DNA of 64,000 bases from the NCBI GenBank assembly GCA_963722805.1, contig CAVROQ010000033.1, positions 198,619 to 262,618 on the forward strand, in the 5' to 3' direction. The translations under genes were made by a program, and so were the position numbers. This DNA comes from an uncultured Gammaproteobacteria bacterium (GTDB taxonomy: Bacteria; Pseudomonadota; Gammaproteobacteria; Pseudomonadales; JAHEGP01). This document shows positions 45,937 to 54,282 of the stretch, one piece after another; position 1 is the first letter of the stretch; each line of letters starts with the position of its first letter. The notes beneath the pieces were generated by a model. The model did no database searches, had not been told where the DNA came from, and was given only the letters and a program-made list of their open reading frames with translations.

Positions 45937-46734
45937 TTAAAGCGTGCGATCAGCCCGCAACCTGGCAAATAATTGCTTTGCGACTTCGGCAGGCGAGCCT
46001 TGCAGAAATTCACAGTTGCCCTGCAACTCGGGTACAAATTGTCTCACCAGTATCGCTTGCGGTTGCAGTTGCTCTGCGCCAAGGCCCAGCTCATCGGGAG
46101 AGATTATCGAGGGTTTCTTTTTTCGCGCTGCCATTTTCGCCTTGGCGCCAGGAAAGCGGGGTTCGCCGAGTTCATTGCTCACCGTGACAACCGCCGGCAA
46201 CAGGCCCTCTACAATCTCATCGCCTTCAGATGTGGCGCGGGTAACCCGCAACACATCGCCGTTCATCTCTACTGCACGGGCCAGGGAAACCACGGCAATG
46301 CCAAGCTTTTCTGCCAGCAGTGCCGGCACCACGCCCTGGTCGTCGTCTGAGGCCTGGCGGCCACACAGCACCAGGTCTGCACCACCGCTACTGTTGATGT
46401 AGGCGGCAAGCATAGTGGCGATAATCTGGCCATCGAGCTGGGTCGGGTCGGCTGTAATACCCACCAGTTCATCTGCTCCCAGGGCAGCGCAGTGCTTGAG
46501 CAGCGCTGCCGGGTCCTCGCCGATGGACACCGTGCTGATAGTGCATTCAATGCCGGCATCGCGAAGCCTGAGTGCTGCCTCCAGCGCCTGCTCGTCGTAG
46601 GCGTTAATAAGCCTTGGAATCGCCGCTACTTGCGGCGTTTTACCGTCGGCAGCCATGTGCAATTTACCCGCCAATACGTAGTTGTTGACTGCATCCGGGT
46701 CGAGCACTTCCTTGGCACAGATTACAATTCGCAT
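45937..46734 (-). CDS. etfB: Electron transfer flavoprotein beta subunit
   Basis: ORF trimmed to ATG 46734 (AGGAGA 8 nt upstream). MRIVICAKEVLDPD... and LVLCGRQASDDDQGVVPALLAEKLG signature. No etfA gene is adjacent. Confidence 0.85.
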   Translation of the reverse strand: MRIVICAKEVLDPDAVNNYVLAGKLHMAADGKTPQVAAIPRLINAYDEQALEAALRLRDAGIECTISTVSIGEDPAALLKHCAALGADELVGITADPTQLDGQIIATMLAAYINSSGGADLVLCGRQASDDDQGVVPALLAEKLGIAVVSLARAVEMNGDVLRVTRATSEGDEIVEGLLPAVVTVSNELGEPRFPGAKAKMAARKKKPSIISPDELGLGAEQLQPQAILVRQFVPELQGNCEFLQGSPAEVAKQLFARLRADRTL

Positions 46735-46796
46735 GGGGTGGCTCTCCTGCAACTGGTGATCCGGTTTGCGCTGTTCATCGCCGCAACCACAGGATG

Positions 46797-47084
46797 TTAT
46801 TTGTCATCGAAAAATTCCAGGCTGTTTTCGTCGCACCAAACGGCCTCATGGATAAACCCCTGGGGCTTAAGGGTGAGCTGGTTCATCAGGTACCAGCGCC
46901 AGGGATAGTCACCAAAATCCCGGTAGTCTCCGGTAAGCGTTCCGGCAAAATCCTGACGCCCTGCAAACTTGCTATTGGGCTGGCGCCCACCGCCGTCGCA
47001 CTCTGCCCGGCGTCCGCAATAGTCGGCATTGAAACCGCTTCTGTAAGGCAATTCTTGTGACTCCTGGCGGGTGCTGGGGGTCAT
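46797..47084 (-). CDS. Small hypothetical protein (95 aa)
   Basis: ATG 47084 is preceded by AGGAG (8-nt spacer), 12 nt after the NMO stop. Wedged between the NMO and etfB genes. No recognisable family. Confidence 0.45.
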   Translation of the reverse strand: MTPSTRQESQELPYRSGFNADYCGRRAECDGGGRQPNSKFAGRQDFAGTLTGDYRDFGDYPWRWYLMNQLTLKPQGFIHEAVWCDENSLEFFDDK

Positions 47085-47096
47085 GGCAGCCACTCC

Positions 47097-48203
47097 TTAT
47101 TCTGGTTCGTCATCGGCGAAACGGTCGAATACATCGAGAGCCTCCTCGACGAGGTCGGAGAGCACCTGGCGGGCGGGCTTCATCTCGGTAACATAGTGAA
47201 TGCCCTGGCCGGCGGCCTCGGTCATGAGATCCTTGCGCTGGTAATCGAGGGAGCCCTGGATATAGTCCGATGACAGCATCATCTGCAGCGGCGGTTTGAG
47301 GACGGGCGGCGCATCGGGTCGACTCCATTCGTCGTGCCAGGGGCTGCGGGTGGTGCGCATGGTATAGCCGGAGATACAGTCGGAGAAGACTGCATCTTCG
47401 GTCTCGGCCTCAATCAGTCGCTCCTTCAGAGCCTGCCCGAGGTCGGATTCCCGGGAGGTGAGCCACAGCGAGCCGGTCCAGACCCCGTCGGCGCCCAGCG
47501 CCAGCGCCGCAGCGAGGTGGCGGCCGGTGGTAATCCCGCCGGCAGCGATCACCGGTACACCGCTGCCGCGGGCGGCGTCTACCACCTGGGGCACAATAGA
47601 GAAGGTTCCGATGGTGCCGGTATGACCGGCCGCATCATAACCCTGGGCAATAATGACATCGGTGCCGGCGGCTATCTGGCGCTGTGCCTGGCGCGGTTTG
47701 CCGACCAGTCCCCACACCTGCATGCCCTGCTGGTGGGCGCGGTCGAGGATAAAGGCGGGGGAGCCGAGCCCGGATGCAAACACCGGCACCCGCTCATCAA
47801 ATACTACGTCGAGCTGGTTGAGGGCGCGTTTCTGGTCGAGGCCGCCCCAGGTATAGAGGTCGGGGGCCTGCTTGGGATCGGGCACCTGATACTTGTGCTT
47901 GATGGCGCGCTCAAACTCCCGCTGTTGTGGAGGAATCATGGCCATCAGTTCTTCCACGCTCTTGTCCTCGGGCACCGAGGCCGGCAGCACCAGGTCGATA
48001 CCGAAGGGCTTGCCGCCGACCCGCTCGCGGATCCATTGGATATCGGCGGCGATATGGTCGGGGGTGTGCATGGCCTCGCCGAGTACGGCAAAGCCGCCGG
48101 CGTTGATGACCGCGACGGCGACATCCTTGCAGTGGGTAAAGGCGACGATGGGATATTCGATGCCGAGCTTTTCACACAGCTGGGTATGCAATGGATCACT
48201 CAT
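47097..48203 (-). CDS. Nitronate monooxygenase / 2-nitropropane dioxygenase-like FMN enoyl reductase family
   Basis: 368 aa. TIM-barrel FMN blocks (IIAQGYDAAGHTG, VPVIAAGGITTGRHLAAALALGADGVWTGS). Confidence 0.8.
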   Translation of the reverse strand: MSDPLHTQLCEKLGIEYPIVAFTHCKDVAVAVINAGGFAVLGEAMHTPDHIAADIQWIRERVGGKPFGIDLVLPASVPEDKSVEELMAMIPPQQREFERAIKHKYQVPDPKQAPDLYTWGGLDQKRALNQLDVVFDERVPVFASGLGSPAFILDRAHQQGMQVWGLVGKPRQAQRQIAAGTDVIIAQGYDAAGHTGTIGTFSIVPQVVDAARGSGVPVIAAGGITTGRHLAAALALGADGVWTGSLWLTSRESDLGQALKERLIEAETEDAVFSDCISGYTMRTTRSPWHDEWSRPDAPPVLKPPLQMMLSSDYIQGSLDYQRKDLMTEAAGQGIHYVTEMKPARQVLSDLVEEALDVFDRFADDEPE

Positions 48204-48296
48204 GGTACTACTCTCGCAGGGATGCCCGGGAGCATCGAAATTTACCCGCTTGGCCTGACAAAATAAACGCCTCCGCGCGCCGCTGTCGCCAGATGT

Positions 48297-48368
48297 CCAA
48301 ATTTGAGATGCCGTAGGCCGTAATTGAGTCCTGCACCGGTAGGAAGCACCCCTGATAGTTATTAGACT
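48297..48368 (+). promoter_or_regulatory. Conserved promoter module, copy B: 33-bp motif, 33-bp spacer, TAGACT. Drives the nine-gene CoA-transferase operon
   Basis: CCAAATTTGAGATGCCGTAGGCCGTAATTGAGT-N33-TAGACT. TAGACT lies 117 nt upstream of ATG 48480. Confidence 0.65.
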
Positions 48369-48479
48369 GAGGCGTCGCTGAGTAGTTAATTTCCCTCGGG
48401 CAGGGTGCTGTCCGGGGGATAAAAGCAGGCTCCGCTAGCTGCGCTGCTCTTCACGATTGATTGGCCGAAGGACCGTAGC

Positions 48480-49670
48480 ATGGGCACAGTGCTCGATGAT
48501 GTTGTCGTACTGGATTTGACGAACAGTTTCTCTGCCGCGCTGACTGCCGCATTCCTGGCAGATTTTGGCGCCCAGGTGATCCGCCTCGATCGCATACCCC
48601 AGGCGCCGCGGCCGGCCGGGGACACTGGCTGGAATTGCCAGGCAGACCTGATTCACCGCAACAAACAAAGTCTGGCACTGGATATCAGCGCTGCGCAGGG
48701 CCGCAAGCTATTGCTTGAAACCGCATTGCGGGCCGATGTCTTGCTGACCGATTGGTCGCTGCAGGAATTACAGTCACTGGGGCTGGATTATCCCAGCCTG
48801 GAGGGCCCGCGTCCCGATCTGGTCTATGCGCGGGTTTCCGGATTTGGTCCGCAGGGGCCAGACAGTGAGCTGCCCCTGATCGATGAATTAGCGGCCGCGC
48901 GCACCGGCATGATGCCGATTCTGCCCCAGCCCGGTGAACCGCCGGTGTATACCGGGGCTGGTGCCATGCATGCCACGGTGTTACTGGGCTTTGGGGTTGT
49001 CACCGCGCTGCTGTATCGCCAGCTCAGCGGTGAGGGGCAGTGTGTGGATACCTCCCTGTTTGCGGCGAATATGTACGGCGCCAGCCTGGATTTACAGGCC
49101 TTTCTTGCTATCGGCCATGGCGATCGCCTGCTCAACCCGATTTCACGGCTGGATGTATCCAACCCCATGTCTGGCGCGCTTTACCACAGCGCTGATGGGC
49201 GCTGGGTAACCCTCACGATGCCGGATACCGATCGTTGGTGGCCCGACCTCGCCGAGGCGCTGGGGCTTGCGGTTGACGATGAGCGCTTCAATTCCCACGA
49301 CAAACGCTGTGAGCACAATCGAGTCGCCCTGATTAATACCCTGGAGGAGGGGTTTGCCAAACAGCCCGCCAGTCACTGGCGCAAGCTATTCCAGCACAAG
49401 CAGATGTCGGCGGATGTGATCGAGCAGTTTGACTATCCTGCCAATGATCCCCAGGTGCGGGACAATCGCTATATCGTCGAACTCGATCATCCCAGCTTTG
49501 GAAAAATCGACAGCCTCGGTTTTCCACTTTATATGAGCGAAACACCGGCCCGGCTTGAAAGCCTGGCGCCCTGCGTTGGCCAGCACAGCCAGAAGGTGTT
49601 GCAGGAACTTCTGGGTTATTCGCTGGACCAGATACACCAATTTAAAAGTAGCGGCGTAGTCGCGTTATAA
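48480..49670 (+). CDS. Family III CoA-transferase paralog lacking the conserved catalytic Asp
   Basis: 396 aa. VVVLDLTNSFSAALTAAFLADFGAQVIRLD. The segment aligned to the Asp block reads YTGAGAMHATVLLGFGVV...SGEGQC, with Ala at the Asp position. Confidence 0.8.
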   Translation: MGTVLDDVVVLDLTNSFSAALTAAFLADFGAQVIRLDRIPQAPRPAGDTGWNCQADLIHRNKQSLALDISAAQGRKLLLETALRADVLLTDWSLQELQSLGLDYPSLEGPRPDLVYARVSGFGPQGPDSELPLIDELAAARTGMMPILPQPGEPPVYTGAGAMHATVLLGFGVVTALLYRQLSGEGQCVDTSLFAANMYGASLDLQAFLAIGHGDRLLNPISRLDVSNPMSGALYHSADGRWVTLTMPDTDRWWPDLAEALGLAVDDERFNSHDKRCEHNRVALINTLEEGFAKQPASHWRKLFQHKQMSADVIEQFDYPANDPQVRDNRYIVELDHPSFGKIDSLGFPLYMSETPARLESLAPCVGQHSQKVLQELLGYSLDQIHQFKSSGVVAL

Positions 49671-49685
49671 CCCAGGAGAGGTGCG

Positions 49686-50897
49686 GTGACTAAAAAAGCT
49701 CTGGAAGGGGTCAGGGTGCTGGATCTTACGGTTTGGTTTCAGGGGCCGGTAGCGGCGCAATACCTGGCGGACTTTGGCGCAGACGTGATCAAGGTTGAGC
49801 GGCCCAAGGGTGGTGACCAGGCCCGCGGCGTTCGCAGTATCAAGGCACTGGAAATTGGTGATTGGAATCAGTACTTTCTGGTGATCAACCGCAACAAAAA
49901 GAGCATTGCGATCGATCTCAAAAAGCCTGAAGGCCAGCAAATCATGTATCGGCTGGTGGAAAAATCGGATGTGTTCCTGTCGAACCTGGCGCCGGAAATG
50001 CTCGTGGCCTGGGGCTTGTCCTACGACAAGCTGAAGGAGGTAAATCCCGGGATTATATACGCCACCAATACCGGCTACGGCCGCTTTGGCGGTGTATCCA
50101 AGCCGTCATTCGACATGACCGTGCAGGCGCTAACCGGCATTATGGCGCGGCTCGGCGAGCCGGGGCAGCCGCCTATCTATCTCGGTATGGGTTCAGGGGA
50201 TGCCTTTGGCGGCATACTGGCGGCTTTCGGTATTTTGCTGGCCTTGTATAAGCGCAATCGCAGCGGCGAGGGCCAGTGCCTGGACGCTTCGCTGTACGGC
50301 GCCCAGCTCTATCTTGCGGCACCCATGTTGCAGTCCTTTCTGGCGGGTAATAAAGGCGCTGCCCTGCAGCAGTCGCGCAGGGACGTTGCCAACCCCTTGT
50401 GGAATCTCTATCCCGCTGCTGACAAGTGGGTTTATATCTGCGAGCCCAACCAGGACCAGCGATTTGAGGCGCTGTGCACAGCGCTGGATGCCCCGGGACT
50501 TGCCAGCGACCGGAATTTTGACAGCAGTGAGAAACGGGCCGTTAACAATCGCGCTCTAATCGCAGTTTTAGATGAGCTAACAAGAAAACAAAGTTGCGAA
50601 GAGCTAATGTCGGCGCTGACGTCGCAGGAGCTTGTTGCCCAACCGATAAATAACCTGGCGGATGTTATTGCCGACGAGCAGGCCTGGCAGAACAACTATT
50701 TTATGAAGGCCTATTGCGAAGAGGTTAAACGCGAAGTTGATGTACGCGGCCTGCCTGTGACCCTGTCAAAAACACCCGGTCAAATTAATACCCTGGGGCC
50801 GCAATTGGGCCAGGATACTGAAATACTGATGATGGAATTATTGCAATACGAGTGGGAAGAAATCGAAGCCTTGAAAGCGGTGGGCGCAATTCCCTGA
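49686..50897 (+). CDS. Family III CoA-transferase
   Basis: 403 aa, GTG start with AGGAGAG upstream. LEGVRVLDLTVWFQGPVAAQYLADFGADVIKVERPKGGD. Asp block GMGSGDAFGG...SGEGQC. Confidence 0.85.
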   Translation: MTKKALEGVRVLDLTVWFQGPVAAQYLADFGADVIKVERPKGGDQARGVRSIKALEIGDWNQYFLVINRNKKSIAIDLKKPEGQQIMYRLVEKSDVFLSNLAPEMLVAWGLSYDKLKEVNPGIIYATNTGYGRFGGVSKPSFDMTVQALTGIMARLGEPGQPPIYLGMGSGDAFGGILAAFGILLALYKRNRSGEGQCLDASLYGAQLYLAAPMLQSFLAGNKGAALQQSRRDVANPLWNLYPAADKWVYICEPNQDQRFEALCTALDAPGLASDRNFDSSEKRAVNNRALIAVLDELTRKQSCEELMSALTSQELVAQPINNLADVIADEQAWQNNYFMKAYCEEVKREVDVRGLPVTLSKTPGQINTLGPQLGQDTEILMMELLQYEWEEIEALKAVGAIP

Positions 50898-50918
50898 TGG
50901 CAGAGGAATGAGAATAAT

Positions 50919-51809
50919 ATGAGTTGGAGTGATTGGAATGAGGTGGTCGGAGACGGCCTCGATAATTTCAAGGAGATTCAATACCAAAAGAAAAGCCATC
51001 TGCAGCTGGGCGGCGCAATAGCGCGGATCTCCTTGAATAAGCCTGAAAAGATGAACACCCTGACCCTGGCAACCGTGGACGAGATGTTTCGTGCTTTTTA
51101 CGATGCCAATCACGATCCGCTGATCGGGGTGATTGTTATTGCAGCCAAGGGCAAGCACTTCGGTGCCGGTGGCGATGTCGATTGGGAGCGCTGGGGTTTG
51201 CGCGAAGCATTTTACAATCGCTATCCGCACAATCGGCTGATGCGTATGTCGCGCAAGCCTGTCATTGCCCAGGTGCAGGGCTATTGTATTGCCGGTCATA
51301 ATCATATGGCCTATTGCTGCGATTTTACGATTGCCGCCGACAATGCGATTTTTGGCCAGGCCGGCCCGCGAGTGTCATCGCCGGCAGACGGGTTTTTTGT
51401 GCCCTACCTGACCAAAGTGGTGGGGGCGAAAAAGGCCCGGGAATTATGGATGCTCTGTCGCAAGTACCAGGCAGATGAAGCACTCGCCATGGGGCTGGTC
51501 AATACCGTGGTGCCGCTGTCCCAGCTGGAGGCAGAAGTTGACCAGTGGTGTGAGGAAATGCTGTCCCTCAGCCCGGGTTGCCTTGAGGTACTCAAGGCCG
51601 CTTTTGACCAGGAGATGGATGGCTATAAGGAGTCCTGTGTGACCTCGGCGGCAATGTATCCCGACTGGTTCGATATGCCCGAGGGTAAGGAAGGTGGCGC
51701 GGCTTTTGTTGCCAAGCGCAGGCCCGAGTTTTGGGATATCCGCCAGCGCGAGTCCCAGATGAGGCAGCAGTTGCTGGACGAATACGATGTGCTGCATGGT
51801 GGGGAATAG
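50919..51809 (+). CDS. MenB/BadI-subfamily crotonase (1,4-dihydroxy-2-naphthoyl-CoA synthase-like)
   Basis: 296 aa. DFTIAADNAIFGQAGPRVSSPADG and KKARELWMLCRKYQADEALAMGLVNTVVPL closely track the MenB signature blocks as I recall them. Confidence 0.75.
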   Translation: MSWSDWNEVVGDGLDNFKEIQYQKKSHLQLGGAIARISLNKPEKMNTLTLATVDEMFRAFYDANHDPLIGVIVIAAKGKHFGAGGDVDWERWGLREAFYNRYPHNRLMRMSRKPVIAQVQGYCIAGHNHMAYCCDFTIAADNAIFGQAGPRVSSPADGFFVPYLTKVVGAKKARELWMLCRKYQADEALAMGLVNTVVPLSQLEAEVDQWCEEMLSLSPGCLEVLKAAFDQEMDGYKESCVTSAAMYPDWFDMPEGKEGGAAFVAKRRPEFWDIRQRESQMRQQLLDEYDVLHGGE

Positions 51810-51853
51810 CTGTTGGCTGCAATGCCCTAATTTGTTCTCACCCGGGGGTTTCA

Positions 51854-53017
51854 GTGTTTAAAGACAAGGCGTGTATTGTGGGCATTGGCGAGACAGCCTA
51901 CTGTCGCAAACCCGGCTCGGGAATGTCTGAGGAGGCTTTGCAGTTACGCGCCTCGGTGGCGGCCTTGATTGACGCCGGTCTTACCGGGCAGCAAATTGAC
52001 GGCATATTGGCGTTTCCCAATGTGGGCAAATCCGAGGCATTCGCCGCTAGCCTGGGTTGTGACAATTTGCGCTTCGCCGCCACTATCCACATGGGCGGCG
52101 CTGCACCGCTGGCCTCGCTGCGGATGGCGGCCATCGCTGTGGCTTCAGGCGCTGCCAACTATGTGTTGATTCCCGGGGGTTGGAATGGCTATTCGGGTGC
52201 CCGGGTGCGGCAGACAGTGTCTAACGATAAAAACTCGATTCCGGGAGGCGCCATTGCCTGGGATTACTATATGCCGCAGGGCCTGACTGCACCGCCCCAG
52301 TGGTATGCGCTGATGGCCCGGCGCCATATGCACGATTTCGGGACTAGCCACGAGCAGTTAGGCGCGGTTGCGGTGGCGATGCGCAAACATGCCCAGCTCA
52401 ACCCCGCTGCCTTAATGTACGGCAAGCCCCTGGATATCGAACAGTACCTCGCCTCCCCGATGCTGGCCGACCCCTATCGTATTAATGACTGCTGTCTGGA
52501 AACCGATGGCGCTGCCGCATTTATTGTGACCACAGTAGAGCGGGCCAATGATCTTGGCCGGCAGCCAATCTATATTATGGGCGCCGCCGCGGGACAGCCC
52601 TACCCGGCAGACGATTTTACCAACCGTCGAGATTTTCACCGCAACGGTTTGTCGATTGCCGCCCCCGAAGCATTTGCAATGGCCGGTATCAAACCGGGCG
52701 ATGTCGATTTTGCCCAGATCTATGACTGCTTTACCTTTGAGGTGATCCAGCAACTCGAGGAAGCGGGTTTCTGTGAGCGCGGTGACGGTGGCGCTTTTGT
52801 CGAGAATGGCGGGATTGAACTCAAGGGCCAGCTACCGGTGAATACCCACGGAGGACTGCTTTCTGAAGCCCACTCCCTCGGCATAGGTCATGTGGTCGAG
52901 GCCGTAAAACAGCTGCGCGGAGATTGCGGCCAACGCCAGGTGTTAAATGCCGAGATCGGCGTTGTCACCGGCTGGGGCGATTTTGGCGACGGCAGTATTG
53001 CTATTTTAAGGCGTTGA
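51854..53017 (+). CDS. Thiolase-like protein (SCP-x type), second copy
   Basis: ORF trimmed to GTG 51854. ACIVGIGETAYCRKPG...NTHGGLLSEAHSLGIGHVVEAV. Followed by a DUF35 gene. Confidence 0.8.
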   Translation: MFKDKACIVGIGETAYCRKPGSGMSEEALQLRASVAALIDAGLTGQQIDGILAFPNVGKSEAFAASLGCDNLRFAATIHMGGAAPLASLRMAAIAVASGAANYVLIPGGWNGYSGARVRQTVSNDKNSIPGGAIAWDYYMPQGLTAPPQWYALMARRHMHDFGTSHEQLGAVAVAMRKHAQLNPAALMYGKPLDIEQYLASPMLADPYRINDCCLETDGAAAFIVTTVERANDLGRQPIYIMGAAAGQPYPADDFTNRRDFHRNGLSIAAPEAFAMAGIKPGDVDFAQIYDCFTFEVIQQLEEAGFCERGDGGAFVENGGIELKGQLPVNTHGGLLSEAHSLGIGHVVEAVKQLRGDCGQRQVLNAEIGVVTGWGDFGDGSIAILRR

Positions 53018-53031
53018 AAAAGGTGGGCAAA

Positions 53032-53445
53032 ATGGACCGGGAATATGACAAGCCACTACCGGGGCTCGACGGTTTAAACGGGCAGTTTTATGCCTTTTGC
53101 AAACAGCAGGATCTGCATTTCCAGCGCTGCAGCAACTGTCAACACTTTCGCCACGTTCCGCGGGAAGTCTGCGCGGTATGCAACTCCTTCGAGTGGGATT
53201 GGGTGCGCGCCAGTGGCAGAGGCAAGGTATACAGCTGGACCGTTATCGAGCGAGCGTTGCACCCGGCGTTTGTTGCTGACACGCCGCTGGCGCCGGTGAT
53301 CGTTGAAATGGAAGAGGGTGTGCGCTTGCTGGCAAATATGCTCGATTGCCCGCCGGCTGAACTCGCTATCGATATGCCGGTGACCATTGCCTACGAGGCG
53401 GTCACTGAAGACCTGACGCTGCCGCGCTTCCGGCGCATTGAGTAA
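53032..53445 (+). CDS. DUF35 OB-fold/zinc-ribbon protein, second copy
   Basis: ORF trimmed to ATG 53032. Zn-ribbon CSNCQHFRHVPREVCAVCNS followed by an OB-fold segment. Confidence 0.75.
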   Translation: MDREYDKPLPGLDGLNGQFYAFCKQQDLHFQRCSNCQHFRHVPREVCAVCNSFEWDWVRASGRGKVYSWTVIERALHPAFVADTPLAPVIVEMEEGVRLLANMLDCPPAELAIDMPVTIAYEAVTEDLTLPRFRRIE

Positions 53446-53462
53446 ATGGACGGAGCATTGCT

Positions 53463-54242
53463 ATGGATTTGAAACTGCCAGAAACTTTTAGTTACGAGAA
53501 GCGCGGGCATATCGCCATTATGACGATCAATCGTCCCCAGGCGATGAATGCCTTCACCGCTGAAATGCTGGCGGCCATGGATGCCTGCTTTGAAGATTTC
53601 CAGCACGATGATGAACTGTGGGTAGCGATACTGACCGCCACTGGCGATAAATCGTTTTGTTCCGGCATGGACCTGGGGGAGGCTATTCCGCTGCTCAATG
53701 CCGGCGATGAAATGGGCTATGAGGATCATACCAAGCGCCCGTTTTCTGATGTATTCAAGCCCATCATTGCCGCCGTAAACGGTTTTTGCATCGCCGGCGG
53801 TATGGAGTTTATGCAGGGAACTGACATTCGTATTGCCGTCGAACACGCCACTTTCGGGCTCGGCGAAGTGCGCTTCGGATTGATTCCCACCGGCGGTACC
53901 CACGTACGGCTGCCACGCCAAATACCCTGGGCGGTGGCCATGGAATTGCTGTTGACCGGCGAGAATATATCAGCCCAGCGCGCATATGATATTGGCTTGA
54001 TCAACAAGATTGTGGCAGCGGAAGAGCTGCTGGAGGAGGCGCTGAAGTTGGCCGAAAAAATCTGCCGCAATAGCCCGCTGGCAGTGCGCACCGCCAAGGA
54101 AATAGCCGTGCGCCAGGCCAATCTTGAACCCGGTTTCGTGTTGGAAAAAGCCATTGGCGCAAGGGTATTCGGTTCCTATGACGCCCAGGAAGGACCCAAA
54201 GCATTTATGGAAAAGCGCAAACCTGAATTCAAGGGCCGCTAG
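53463..54242 (+). CDS. Enoyl-CoA hydratase/isomerase (crotonase)
   Basis: 259 aa. IAIMTINRPQAMNAF...TATGDKSFCSGMDL...AAVNGFCIAGGMEF...FMEKRKPEFKG. Confidence 0.85.
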   Translation: MDLKLPETFSYEKRGHIAIMTINRPQAMNAFTAEMLAAMDACFEDFQHDDELWVAILTATGDKSFCSGMDLGEAIPLLNAGDEMGYEDHTKRPFSDVFKPIIAAVNGFCIAGGMEFMQGTDIRIAVEHATFGLGEVRFGLIPTGGTHVRLPRQIPWAVAMELLLTGENISAQRAYDIGLINKIVAAEELLEEALKLAEKICRNSPLAVRTAKEIAVRQANLEPGFVLEKAIGARVFGSYDAQEGPKAFMEKRKPEFKGR

Positions 54243-54282
54243 CGCCGCCAATGCTTACCATTGATATAGGGCGTAGGGCACT

